DNA of 64,000 nt from Eledone cirrhosa (taxonomy: Eukaryota), in contig OZ024743.1 of the NCBI GenBank assembly GCA_964016885.1, forward strand, positions 362,514,001-362,578,000, given 5' to 3'. The notes under the pieces were generated by a model, which saw nothing but the letters and a program-made list of their open reading frames with translations, searched no databases and was not told where the DNA came from. Positions 12,113-24,900 of this stretch are shown in pieces. The position numbers and the translations under genes were made by a program. The stretch's first letter is position 1. Every line of letters starts with the position of its first letter.

Positions 12113-12866
12113 AGATAGATATATATATATATATGTATGTATGTAGGTAGGTAGGTAGGTAGGTCTGTAGGTAGGGAAGTAGTTGGGTTCGTGAGTGGGT
12201 AGATAGATAGACAGACATTGATAAATAAAGATGAGCAGGCTTAAATATTAGCTAATTTCCTTGTATTCAAGTCTGTTTATAATAAAGTTCTGTTGAATCC
12301 ATCTAACATTTACTGTCAGCTATATCCCTTATGTTTTTACTGAATATTGGGATTAAACGCTAGTCATGGAATTTATAAATTAATGCTTCCGGTTTCATTG
12401 ATAATAACATCTGTTTTGACAATGATTCAGAAATGAATAAAACACTGAGTGAAAAGAGGGCAGATGGAGTAGAATCTGTAATAATTACATAGTTGGTCTA
12501 GACTTAACGTTTAGCGTAGTGAGCAGTAACCATAGAGAATACCGTCTGAAGCTGAAATAACGGCACGTGAGATTAATAGGGTTGCACTAAGTTGGAAGGT
12601 AGAGGATATTAATGCCTGTCTAACAGACATATTAACAGCCATTTACTAAATTATACACTAGATTCCATGCATTAAATTAATAGCTTTTAGAATGAAGTAC
12701 AAATAACCTATATTAAAAAAAAAAAAATTAATGTTTAATATTTATAGTTCTATTTTCTGTAGCCACAACATATTTTTTGCGATATTTACTGCTCCTTTAA
12801 ATTGTGAATTTTGGTTGAGTTGTTGTTTTGAGGCATTTGGGGAGTTATGTTTAGCTTTCCTCTGAA

Positions 12867-12909
<43 letters not shown>

Positions 12910-12911
12910 AA

Positions 12912-12950
<39 letters not shown>

Positions 12951-13396
12951 TCCTCTCCCCCCACCCCCTATCCACACACGCACAGACCCTCCGACCCACA
13001 ATAACACCCCCCACACACACCTTCCTGAACATGCAACCCCGTTCTTCCCCCAACCCTCACTTTCACATACACACACACACACACACACACGCACACCTAA
13101 CCACACACACCACCTTCAGCCCTCCCCGCTCGGACACCCCGTTTCCCTCTCCCCACTCCACCCGCCACCACCTCTACTCAACCCACACCCTTCCACCACC
13201 TGTTTACCCCCCTTTTAATTTCAGTTTATTTTGATCATGCCTTTATTTTTAAATTTTCTCATTCCTTGTATTTTGATCATGCTTTATTTTTATTTATTAT
13301 TTATTATATTTTTGTCTTTATTTGTTAATTTTTCATTCGCACCGTTTCCTTTCGCTATATGTCTCTCAACCACTCCCCTACACACCTTTTGAACTC

Positions 13397-13432
13397 TCAC
13401 CTGAAGAAGGGCTTATGCCCGAAACGTCGTCC
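13397..13432 (+). ncRNA. Minimal hammerhead ribozyme motif of a Penelope-like element terminal repeat
   Basis: CTGAAGA-A-GGGC-TTAT-GCCC-GAAACGTC has a perfect core and stem II with a loopless palindromic stem III (ACGT). Stem I is eroded to about 2 bp. Confidence 0.7.
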
Positions 13433-13516
13433 CCCACCTACCCCCCACTCTCCTGAGCGTGAATTTAATAAACATTTGTCGTACTGCCTCTCTGTTCTGT
13501 CCCTGTTCAATTTTTC

Positions 13517-13560
<44 letters not shown>

Positions 13561-13562
<2 letters not shown>

Positions 13563-14030
13563 CGTAGCCGAATTTATCCTCTCCCTCAATTGGTCTCCTC
13601 GGATGAGATTTTCCAGTAGACGATGGGGGTGGCCATGTGTATAAGAATGGGCCCCAGCTACGCCAACTTATTTGTCGGCTACGTTGAGGCACAAATCTTT
13701 TCTCAATACTCTGGCCCAACCCCCAAGCTGTACCGTAGTACTGTTGACGACAGTTTTAGCACCACGTCTCTCACCTGAGCCCAGTTTGACTCCTATTTGT
13801 CCTTTCTCTGCTCGTTCCACTCCCCTCGATTTCACCACTTCTATCTCCATTTTTTTCTGTTAGATTCCTGGATATCTCTGTAACCATTCATCCCACCAAT
13901 CGTTCCCCCATCACCTACTTCAACTCCTCGGACTCGTACGCCTACCTCGATCTCTTCTCCTCACACCCCACCCACACCAAACACTCCATCCCTATTCCCA
14001 ATTCCTCCGTTTACGCCGCCGTGTAGTTGA
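13561..14030 (+). mobile_element. Penelope-like element reverse transcriptase fragment
   Basis: With frameshifts it translates to GVAMCIRMGPSYANLFVGYVEAQ..LYRSTVDD..RFLDISV..YLDLFSSHPTHTKHSIPYSQFLRLRR, which are PLE RT and thumb signatures. A second degenerate hammerhead lies at about 14138-14170. Confidence 0.88.
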
Positions 14031-14283
14031 ACCCATGATTTTGTGATTCAGTTTCATTACATGGCCAGGGGGGTTATACGTGGTCTACCTTATCTATCTG
14101 TATCTATCCTTTGTGATCCTGTCTCTATTTTTGTACTCCTGAAGAAGAGCCAAAGAAGCCCGACACGTCGAATATTCTCCCCACTTTTCCATATAAAACG
14201 TGAAACTAATAAGACTTTTTCTACCTCTGTTTTGACGTCTCCTATATATATTACCGATTGTGTTGTTATTTCTGTTTAGCTTT

Positions 14284-14792
<509 letters not shown>

Positions 14793-14807
14793 AATATATA
14801 TATATAT

Positions 14808-15272
14808 ATTCGAAAGGAAAGTTCTTTAATATATCCCGCACGGGTAAAAATATACGGGAAAAAGTTGAAAATATAATTGGAGTCTTTAAGAAGGTTTATT
14901 TACAATAACTTTAACTTTTCAAAAGTTAAGAACCATGACACACACAATTTTTGGCGCGAAATTACCACAAAATTCAATATCACGTGATCTGTCTCAACTT
15001 ATCCAATTGTACGTAAAAGAATATAGCAATCTGAGTAACTTTTATTGCTTAAAACTGAAATAAATTCCCAACATCAGATAGATGCGAGTTATAAGTTGAC
15101 ATAGCCACAAATTTCTCCACCTCTCTTAACTTTTGAAAATCATTAAACTTGTGAAACCGGTAAAATTATAAATTATTGTAAATACACCTTCTTAAAAACT
15201 CCAATTGCATTTTCAAACTCTTTTTCTCATATTCTTACTCATATTAAAAAAAACCTTACTTTCGATTTCGAA
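14808..15272. mobile_element. MITE-like element with long imperfect terminal inverted repeats
   Basis: The left arm TTGAAAATATAATTGGAGTCTTTAAGAAGGTTTATTTACAATAA..TTTTCAAAAGTTAAGA is mirrored by TCTTAACTTTTGAAAA..TTATTGTAAATACACCTTCTTAAAAACTCCAATTGCATTTTCAA. It is flanked by (TA)n. Confidence 0.6.
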
Positions 15273-15344
<72 letters not shown>

Positions 15345-15794
15345 AAGTATAATGAATTCTTTTACAATGGAATTAGCTCGAAGAAGGAAATATTTCTGAG
15401 CCGTGTATAAACTAATATATATGATGAAACACAGATACCAACACATCTGTATTTATATTGCAAAAGAAAATTTAGCCAGAATGAAGTATACTAATTATTA
15501 TACTACAGTTTGTCCATATCGATTTAAAATAATAAATCAACAAAGACGAACTGCATTGCCAAATGGCTATGATGTTTAGACACATTTAAATTTCAAAATC
15601 AAACCTGTTCCGTAGATAAGTTTAAACCTTAAAATCCAAATATGTTTCGAGATGAATAAGTGTAGGAATATCATGTCCTGCTCTCCTCAGTAAACATCCA
15701 GGGACAAATTGATATGCTTCACTTCTATGTTTACTGAGGAGAGCAGGACATGATGTTTCATCATATATATTAGTTTATATATATATATATATAG

Positions 15795-16360
15795 AAGTGA
15801 TTACACAACCGTTAGTTCACCATACCGAGAACAATTGTTTCACCTTCGCGGATCTTCAGCTCGGGATGTATATGGTTATAGGAACAGGAAGGACAACCGT
15901 ACGAACGCGCATGCGCAGAAACTTGGTCACTTCACACAGGCAATAGTAGACTGCGTGCGGGGGGTGTAAGAGAGATAACTGCGAAAGTCCGGAAAGTTTT
16001 TTGGTTGAAAATAAAATTAAAAAAATTTAAAAATAAAATTACAAAGAATCAGTCCGGAGCCTTGTAGTTATGTAATAGATGTTTGGTGACGTGTGGACAA
16101 CGTGTGAAAAATTCACTTCTCGTGTTTAGGCAATCACTATTGCGTAATCTCTTTAGGATAGTTATTCGTTCGTCAATACATAAGCCACACGTCGGATTTC
16201 CCCTTGCGTATGGCTTGGACTGAGTGATGGCTTTCCATTGAATGGAGTACCCTATACTTGAGTCCTTGAGGGACCATACGTGGCTCGCGAGTTTCGTGGA
16301 TGAACGTCTGTCCGTGTATCTGAAGGTAGACTGGTGGTTCAGGAAACGCTCCTTGAATTA
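15795..16360 (-). mobile_element. Penelope-like element 3' end (GIY-YIG endonuclease C-terminal half plus terminal repeat)
   Basis: The uninterrupted minus frame reads FKERFLNHQSTFRYTDRRSSTKLASHVWSLKDSSIGYSIQWKAITQSKPYARGNPTCGLCIDERITILKRLRNSDCLNTRSEFFTRCPHVTKHLL. This is the C..C / LN.RSE...C.H signature, and a hammerhead follows. Confidence 0.88.
15825..15864 (-). ncRNA. Minimal type I hammerhead ribozyme motif
   Basis: Minus strand CCGAG-CTGAAGA-TCCGCGAAGGT-GAAAC-AATT-GTT-CTCGG gives a 5-bp stem I, palindromic stem III ACAATTGT and a GUU triplet. Stem II is weak (CC/GG). Confidence 0.72.
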
Positions 16361-17719
16361 TATATATATAACAATGTGCATACTCTGGGAATGTATCCTA
16401 AATTTCCTATTGAGTACGCTGAGATACACCGGTCCTGGCATTGATAAATATGTAGGGTCCGTCAACTCCTTATTATATATATATATAAAATATACATTCT
16501 TAATTGTAACCACAGTCGATTGTTATGAATACGTTAGAAAATTGGCTAAAACCCTTTTTAGTCGGAAAAGAAGTGGCCCTTTGTGACTACAAAGAATCGA
16601 AACCCGTACCTCACAAATTCCGCCTGAGTACTGTAGCTAAGCGACCTCTTATAATAATTTGTCTAAATTAGAAGCTTTAATAAGACTTTTGCATGTAAAT
16701 ACATCCTATATATGCAAATATCGAAGGTGCCGAGTAAGTTTGAAATTCCTAGTAAATGTAGGAATTCTGTACGCAGCAGATAACTGTAAACGCAGTCGAT
16801 GACAGATAGAGAGATTTGGGGTAGAGTGAGGGAAAGATTTCAAAGACGTAATATTGGTATACTTTTGTTATATTCCTATTTATCACACATAAATAGTTCT
16901 TATAAACGTAGTTTACAACCATCTAAACATAGTATAGGGTCATATAAACATGGCATACATTTTATAAAATGATGATTAACTTATTGTAAAATTTCTTAAC
17001 TCAATCAATCCGTACGGTATATCACCAGAAGGAGAAAGACCTAAGAGAATCAAACTGTAGGAAATAACACAGCCAAGATAGTCGGTGATGGTATATTACT
17101 CAGTGTACAAATGGTAGTACAGTATTGAAGAAATTTCAGTTTTAGAATCACAAATTTGTTGCAGATGGTTATAGTTGCTTGAATAGACCCAAGCAGATAA
17201 CTGGCACTTGTGTTTATCAATTTTATAGAGAAAAAAGAAATATAATATGTCAGTCTTTGAGATAAGATGAAAATATATACTGTAAACCATCCAGTCCGTT
17301 GCTATAACATATCTTACACTTCATCGAGTTATAACAGTGGAATTGTGTCGATGAACAGGCCAAAAGCAGTGCAATGAAAATTTTGATAGCAAAATATATA
17401 TGATAATTGTGAAGTGAATTTAACAGATCTTGTGTATTTTTGAATGACTAAAATGACTCTTATTAAAATAAAGTACTAACCAAGCAGAGATATCTATATA
17501 ATTGCCTGTAGCCATCTCCATCAATTTGTGGTTTTGTATTTAAAACCAGGCCAGAGTAAAGGGGAATTTAGGTACCTTAGTCCTTTCAAGTTCTAGTTCT
17601 TTATACTGTTCTTTTACTTATAAGTACATCGTGTACATTACATGTACATATATATACCCACAACCAATACATAAATTTTACGTAGTTAGCACCGATTACT
17701 AAAATGCTAAATTACCAAT

Positions 17720-17990
17720 TTGAAATGAAGCCTACATTTCACATCTTCGTTTGGGCCTATTCCCAACTTTGGGTTAGCGTTAACATTTCATGCCTGGCTT
17801 AAGTCACAATCTTATCACAGTCTGGACCTATTACCAGCTTTGGGGGCTTACATTTCACATCTGGTAAAAACATATAATCAGCTTTGCACGGGGGTCTACA
17901 TTTCATAAATAGCCTGGGTCCATTACCTGTTTTGGAGGCGAGTCTACATTTCACAACTGGCCTGGACCTATCACCAGTTGCTTTGCACGG
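17720..17990. repeat. Degenerate 48-bp tandem repeat
   Basis: The anchor (C/T)TACATTTCA occurs at 17732, 17848, 17896 and 17944, with a variant at 17781. Confidence 0.65.
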
Positions 17991-18390
17991 ACGTGTCTTG
18001 AGCAGACAGAATCCTTGCTGGCCAAGCAGCCATTTCTGCATCAAAAGTTCTGAAAATGTTGAGATATCGAATATAGTTACAATGTTCTCACAAACTGTTT
18101 TAGACTTTCCTTGAAATTCTCAGGTCACAATCCACCGAAAGATAAAATTCTACTGACTTCTATCGTTTAAGGTTTGTACACGGATATTCACAGATACGTT
18201 TTCTCTCTCGTTCTCTCACTTAACTCTCTCATCTCCTCTATTTCTTTTTTTTCTTCTGTCCCCCCCCCCCCTCCTCCCCTCTATCTCTATGTGTATGATT
18301 GTCTCTGTCGATCTAAATTCCTCTCTCACTCCGAATCTCTGTGTGTCTATGTTTATACATGCATATATATCCACACAAATAAATAAATAT

Positions 18391-18494
<104 letters not shown>

Positions 18495-18629
18495 TTTTCG
18501 CGTACCTAATGGTGTAAGCGTTTCCCATCGAAAAAATCTGGGCCAGTGACTTTATCTCCATCAAACACCATCTGACGTTGTAACTGTATTTATTCGAAGG
18601 ATAAAAACCTGTTCCCCCACCATATACAC

Positions 18630-18703
<74 letters not shown>

Positions 18704-19234
18704 CTCTCTCTCTCTTACTCTCTCTCCCTCTCTCTCACTCACACACACACACAAGCTTTCTCTTCCTCCTCTTCGCTCGTACCCTCTTCTTCCCCTTATT
18801 ATGTCTCATTCTTCTCTCATAGGACCTTAACATTCCAATTACTTCTTTTATTTTTGTTCAAAGCATTACAAAATCCTTCAAAACAGCAGCTATATATTTT
18901 ACACTACCTCCCAGTAGTGTCTCTGTCTCTCACACTCTTACTCTCACCCTCTTTCGCTCTCCACTCCCTCCCCTTTCTCTCACTCTCTAATTCGCTCAAT
19001 CTTTTTCTTTCACTCTTTCTCTGCTTGTCTTGTTGACTGTCTGTCTCCTTTCTTATCAATTGGAATCAAATGTATTGCACCAAGCCTACTACGCTGCTCT
19101 GCAAGTATGTATGTCTGCCTGTCTGCCTGTCTATCTGTCTGCTTGTCTGTCTGTCTGTCTGTATGTATGTATGGATGGATGGATGAATATATATATATGT
19201 ATATGTGTGTGTGAGAGAGAGCATAAATACATGC

Positions 19235-19265
<31 letters not shown>

Positions 19266-19599
19266 CATACATACATACATACATACATACATACATACAT
19301 ACATACATACATACATAGTGGCTGCCAACTCGTTTTCGAGTACGGCCACTACTTTATATCCATGTAGGAGAACCCCTACCGATGCGCTGAACGAGTGTGA
19401 CTTTTTAGTCCAGCCAGCGACTTGAAAACTCTGGTACAAACACTACACTTGTGACAATTATTGACACATAGTGCTGGGCCCATGGTACCATGTGACGACA
19501 AGTGCAGAGAGATCTCCAGATATAAAGCAATGCCTGTGCCGTGAAGCTTTTATAGTGAGCAAAGGCACTGCACAAAGCCAGTCCCACTCTCTTAACCAA

Positions 19600-19857
19600 G
19601 ATGATATTTACCAAAAAGAAGAACAAGTCAACATCATTGGATACCATCAGGGTTGCAGGTGTTATATCAGAGTTTTCCTTCTCATAGATTTCTACCTTGA
19701 CAAAGGTTAAGGGGTCATCTCTCCCGGTGATTTTGGATGGCCATTGACTCTTAAGAGCTCCTTTGCCCTTTGACAGGTTTTGTTTTTAGTCCTGCAGGAT
19801 GTCCAAAGTCACCCTCCTCACCAAGAAACCTTGGTGGGGTTGCCAGTTTAGTCGCCA
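19600..19857 (-). mobile_element. Probable RTE-clade LINE 5'UTR fragment
   Basis: Minus strand GGCGACTAAACTGGCAACCCCACC..CTTGGTGAGGAGGGTG..AAAACCTGTCAAAGGGC..GAGAAGGAAAACTCTGA resembles RTE 5' leaders as I recall them. There is no coding evidence. Confidence 0.4.
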
Positions 19858-19972
19858 ATACATACATATATACATATATACATACATATATAATTGTTTC
19901 TACTTTTGGCATAAGGCCAGCAATTATCCCAGTGCTATGAAACAATGCAAAAATGCTGCAATGGGTATTATT

Positions 19973-20051
<79 letters not shown>

Positions 20052-20071
20052 CAGCAGCAGCAACACTACTG

Positions 20072-20124
<53 letters not shown>

Positions 20125-20150
20125 GCTACTACTACTAGTAGTAGTAGTAG
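19973..20150. repeat. (TAG)n followed by its complement (CTA)n
   Basis: Directly visible trinucleotide tracts in opposite orientation. Confidence 0.9.
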
Positions 20151-20279
20151 TTATTTTTGTTATAAGGTGGGTGAGGGAAGATAAGTTAAATCACTTGATA
20201 AAAGACATTGTAAATTTGTTACTTCCTTCAAATCTAGCCAAGATCAACTTTGCCTTATATTCATCCAGGGTCGGTAAAA

Positions 20280-20448
20280 CAATTGTTTCTACTTTAGGTA
20301 CAAGGCCAGCAATTTGAAGGGGAGAGAAAAGTCGATTAAATTGACCCCAGTATTTACTGGTGCTTTATTTTATCGATCCCGTAAGTATAAAAGGCACAGG
20401 TAATTTCGGTGGGATTTGAACTCAGAACGTAAAGGACCTTAACTCTAT
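20280..20448 (-). mobile_element. Meta-domain SINE (long form), partial
   Basis: Reverse complement of the SINE body including the GGGGTCRATTTAATCGAC segment. Confidence 0.75.
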
Positions 20449-20694
20449 CTCCTTTACGTCGATAAAATAATATCAATCAAATACTAGGGTTTATATAATC
20501 TCCTTTGCTACTTACCCTAAATTTGTGGCTTAGTGTCTAGAACCAGCCTTGTTAGAAGGGAGGATTTTGAAGGGGTTTACACTTATCAACATCTAATTCT
20601 GAAGGCCGATATAATCGACTACTCCGATCCCACCAAATTTATGGCTCAGTTTTTATATTAGAAACGATCACTAGCATTGTTATTTTATAAGAGC

Positions 20695-20826
20695 ATGGAA
20701 CGTGCAGAATCGTTAGAGCGTCGCACAAACCGCTTCGCAAGCAACTATTTAAGGCCCTTTACGTTCAAATTCCGCCGAGCTCAACATTGCTTTTCATCTT
20801 TCCGGGGTCGATAAAATAAAGTACCT
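20695..20826 (+). mobile_element. Meta-domain SINE, older subfamily, partial
   Basis: GCAGAATCGTTAGAGCG..GTTCAAATTCCGCCGAG..TTTCATCTTTCCGGGGTCGATAAAATAAGTACC. Confidence 0.7.
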
Positions 20827-21153
20827 TTTGCATTTCTTTGTCAAGAAAACTTGTGACAAATGAACCAGAGAGTTTTCATGATGCAGCTTCCAGTAATGAG
20901 AGACCCTCAGATCCGGTCTCTCTCGCTGAACTATATTACTAAGATATCGGAAGATTTCCTAATAAAAATTCATTTTTAAATGTTAGTCTTTCTAGTACGT
21001 ATTCGTGATGCCCAACGCCTCAGTAGTTGAAAACAATGATCAGCGTCAACGTGATTTTCCTCCGCATTTAACTTGCATTGTGGGCCTTGTAGGTATTGGC
21101 TATTTCTGCTGAAATGAATCGTGCCCTAACACCCACGTCTCATTCTTAACTTA

Positions 21154-21311
21154 CCATATTTCCTGGCGCCGAAGACGCTTCGCCCTCGAGGATACACTCT
21201 AATTTTGACAACCAAACATTTGAAAAAAAAATAATAAACAACAGGGTGCATGGTTGATTTTTGAGACTTATTTTATGAAAAAGGTAGCGTCTTCGACGCC
21301 GGGAAATACGG
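21154..21311. mobile_element. Tc1/mariner-pogo type MITE with TA target duplication
   Basis: TA-CCATATTTCCTGGCGCCGAAGACGCT ... AGCGTCTTCGACGCCGGGAAATACGG-TA gives 26-bp TIRs with few mismatches. Confidence 0.8.
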
Positions 21312-22369
21312 TATATCTTCTGTCTAACCGCTACCACTAAACCCGTGACCATTGTTTTAACACAATAGATATAACCCTTAATTTTTGATATTCAATATTT
21401 AATAAGATGAATTATATCGAAACCGGTAATATATTATATATTTTATAAACCACCCTTTTTTTTTATGTTTTCTCTTTTTATTCAAAAATGTCGGAAAAAA
21501 AAATAGTCTTTAAATATACTTCCGTGCTGTTTCCAATCTTACCTTTTTCCTATAACCTTGGATTCGTAAAGAGCTTTACCCCTTTTCAACTAATATATAT
21601 AAACAAGCGATCTTGCTAAATGAAGATGATATCAATTAAGTTGGAAACATATCCGTTGTTTTCACCAAACTCACATTAAAACAAAGTCTACTCCCACTGC
21701 ATTGTCTAAAAATGTTCCCAAAATTTAGATCAACTCAGAATGTATGAGTTTTCTCTCTTGTTTGGTGGGGTTTAACGCACGCAAGAGGAGTTTCTTTCTT
21801 GAAATTACAGTGATATTCTCAACCAATTGAAGTTTTACACTTCGCCATATTTAGAATACGAGACTTTTTATATATTCACTCCGGAAGTATGAAAAAGAAT
21901 ATTGACCACGGTGGCATTTGAAGCCGGAAGTTAAGAATCCAGAATAAATACCGCAAGGTATTTTAACCGACACTCTAACGTTTTTGCTAATTTGCCACTG
22001 ATAAGTGTAGAAATTTCTCGAATATACTCGGATAATTCAAAATGTTAGAGTAGAGTCAGTCCTAGTGGCTAGTTTACCTGGTAAGTTGAATGTTAACATC
22101 AAAATTACGCATGTAAGAATAAAATATTTAATAAAAAAAGTTGCAAATTGACAAATTGATTAGGTTGCAGACAGATGATCATGCGAAAGAATGATACTCG
22201 CGAGTTGAACTGGATGTTTCAACCCATCTATCTCGCTATCCTCTGGAATAACACATTGGTCATTCTGTTCGCCAGGACTATGAAGCCATAATAACATATT
22301 TTTTTTATTATTCATGTTTCTGATTCTTTTATTGTCCAGTATAAAATAATTGAAGTGAAAAACAAACAT

Positions 22370-23460
22370 ATTCAATATACAAAATCTTACAATGCCATGA
22401 AAAATTATATAAAAATTATATAAAACATTATATAAAAATTATTGCGCACAAAACAATAATAAAGGGAACAAAAAAGGAAGAAAAAAGGAAATGAAAAGAA
22501 GAAAAAGAAAAAAAGGAATCAAGCAACAAAAGAAAAGGAGTGGGACGGGACAGTCACTACACTCCAGTCTGAGTGGTGACTCAGCCACGCCCCGCGGACA
22601 AAATGGCAAAGGCTTTACAGCAGAGAATGGTCAGATACCCGCTGCAACAACCACTCAGACCACCATCTTTCTGACTTATCGGAGAAAATCAGCAGTGCGG
22701 GGACCAAGGGCACCAGAGATCTCAACGGAGACCGATACAAAGGGGAAGTGGTGGGTCAAGCCCCGGCATTTGACTATCTTTCTCTCCTCCCCATTCAGGC
22801 GTTGGGGCCAGGGTTTGTGGCCGAAACGATATGGCTTGAGGCGTAGAACGTGTAGCTGCACGTCGCGTCCCAAATTAGGGATTTGCTCCCTCGAAAGGGA
22901 GAAGGTTTATCCGTCTGGGTGATTGCCATCACCACGGTCGAGACCAGCGGACTTCAATTGTGACAGGAAACCAGCTCCTTCTGATGATGTCATTCAGAGT
23001 GGCGGGCCGTGGAGTCAGCCTGCACTAAAGCGGCTAGATAACGGGTGAAAACAGAACTCGTCGACCACTGCACCATAACGGCATCTGTGTGACTCACACA
23101 CACGTCTAATGTGAGTGCACACCTCATCAAGAAGGGTAACGGTTGATGAGGAAGGTACCAAATTGAGCCAAGCACCACTGTTTTTGCGCAGAGGAGCGTA
23201 GGCAGGTGAGACGGTGTTGGTCCGAGGAAGACTCGAACCACCTGAAGGTGGACTTGCACTTGACGTCGTCCTAGTTACGTTGTACATCGGTACACTGGAA
23301 GACGGCAACGGCTTCGTCGGTCCAGTCAGCCAGGGCCTACTCCAGTTCCCGGGTCACGTCAAGTTATGTCATCTTGCAGAGGATCTCGTTGATGACGGTG
23401 CGGCTGGAAGAGATTGGGGGGAGATAGGCCGGTAGTGCTAAGTCAAAAGTGGAACGGAAG
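22370..23460 (-). mobile_element. CRE-clade non-LTR retrotransposon 3' part (zinc knuckle plus REL endonuclease), decayed
   Basis: Carries SGAWLNLVPSSSTVTLLD, VCESHRCRYGAVVDEFCFHPLS, LDRGDGNHPDG and FVSVSVEISGALGPRTADFLR. Its 3'UTR is shared with 36290-36822. Confidence 0.82.
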
Positions 23461-23865
23461 CCGAGGCCGCTGAATCTCACAGAATCGATAATTGATATCA
23501 CAGTGGACTATAACAGATCAAATGTATAAAGAAACAGATGAAATATATTAAGTTGAAATTATGTGCATATTGCATTCATTACCTTCGCATTTTCCACCCT
23601 GTATTCTTTTAGAAGACTCACAAGCACATAACGCGCCACCCACCCACTCTTAGTACCTGGTACTCTGGGGGCTTGCCCGAGTTGACTGTCAATTCAGCCG
23701 TCCCTGAACTAAAGATGTTTATCTCTCTCTCCTTCACCACCCCCACACACATGTATATAAGTGTAAATTAACAGGAAATTAACATAAAATGTGAAAAGCA
23801 ACAGAGGAATTATACAAGGCTCTCTCTCTCTATTTCTCTTCCCCTTTCTTTCTTTCTCTCTTTTG

Positions 23866-23983
<118 letters not shown>

Positions 23984-24157
23984 AAACAACGCATACACTT
24001 ATGGAGTATTTCCTACTTTCGTGGAGGGCGTGTATTTGTAGACATGGCGTGTTAAACTCATTTACATGCTATATATGTACACACACACGTACACACATAT
24101 ATATATATAAATATATATATAATATATATATATATGTGTGTGTGTGTGTGTACGTAA

Positions 24158-24214
<57 letters not shown>

Positions 24215-24604
24215 CACAAGGGGATGGTTTACAGAATTCAGCTAAGCTAAGCAAATGTTGTGTGCTTGTCTGTGTTACGGTATGTACATATGTCCGTAAT
24301 ATATGTATGAGTATATGTATAAACATATGTGCTTAAGTGTGTGCATTTATGCATAGCTGGTTACCAAATGTGCACATGCAACCACTCATATTGCAAACTG
24401 CAATCTAAATTGAAGAATATACAAATTCCTATAACATAAATGAACAAATAAAGACAAAAACAGCTTTATCAGACTATTTCGTGGTTGCCATTTCTTCTGT
24501 TTATTTTACTTTATTTATTTTTACAGCCGATGCTGCAACTTTGGATGGCTATGTAGTTTTATGGTGTATACATAAAAATTCTTATATATGCATACATACA
24601 TATG

Positions 24605-24687
<83 letters not shown>

Positions 24688-24692
<5 letters not shown>

Positions 24693-24802
24693 AACCAGTA
24701 AGACCCCGACGGCTGAGCTCAAGCCGTTTCGACGGCTAATTCAAATTGAATTAGCCGTCGAAACGGCTTGAGCTCAGCCGTCGAGGTCTTACTGGTTCCT
24801 AT
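24688..24802. repeat. Near-perfect 115-bp palindrome
   Basis: 57-bp arms, a 1-nt centre at 24745 and one mismatch (24706/24784). Confidence 0.95.
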
Positions 24803-24900
24803 TACCCACTCTACTACCCTAAGTATTGAGTACTTTGGTGCGTTATGGTCCACCTGGTTCCTTACCACATTTCCTTCGTTATATATATATATATATATAT

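Noticed and set aside
16560-16650. B-box-like GGGTTTCGATTC on the minus strand
   Set aside because: There is no convincing A box or cloverleaf. At best it is an old SINE head, and it cannot be supported.
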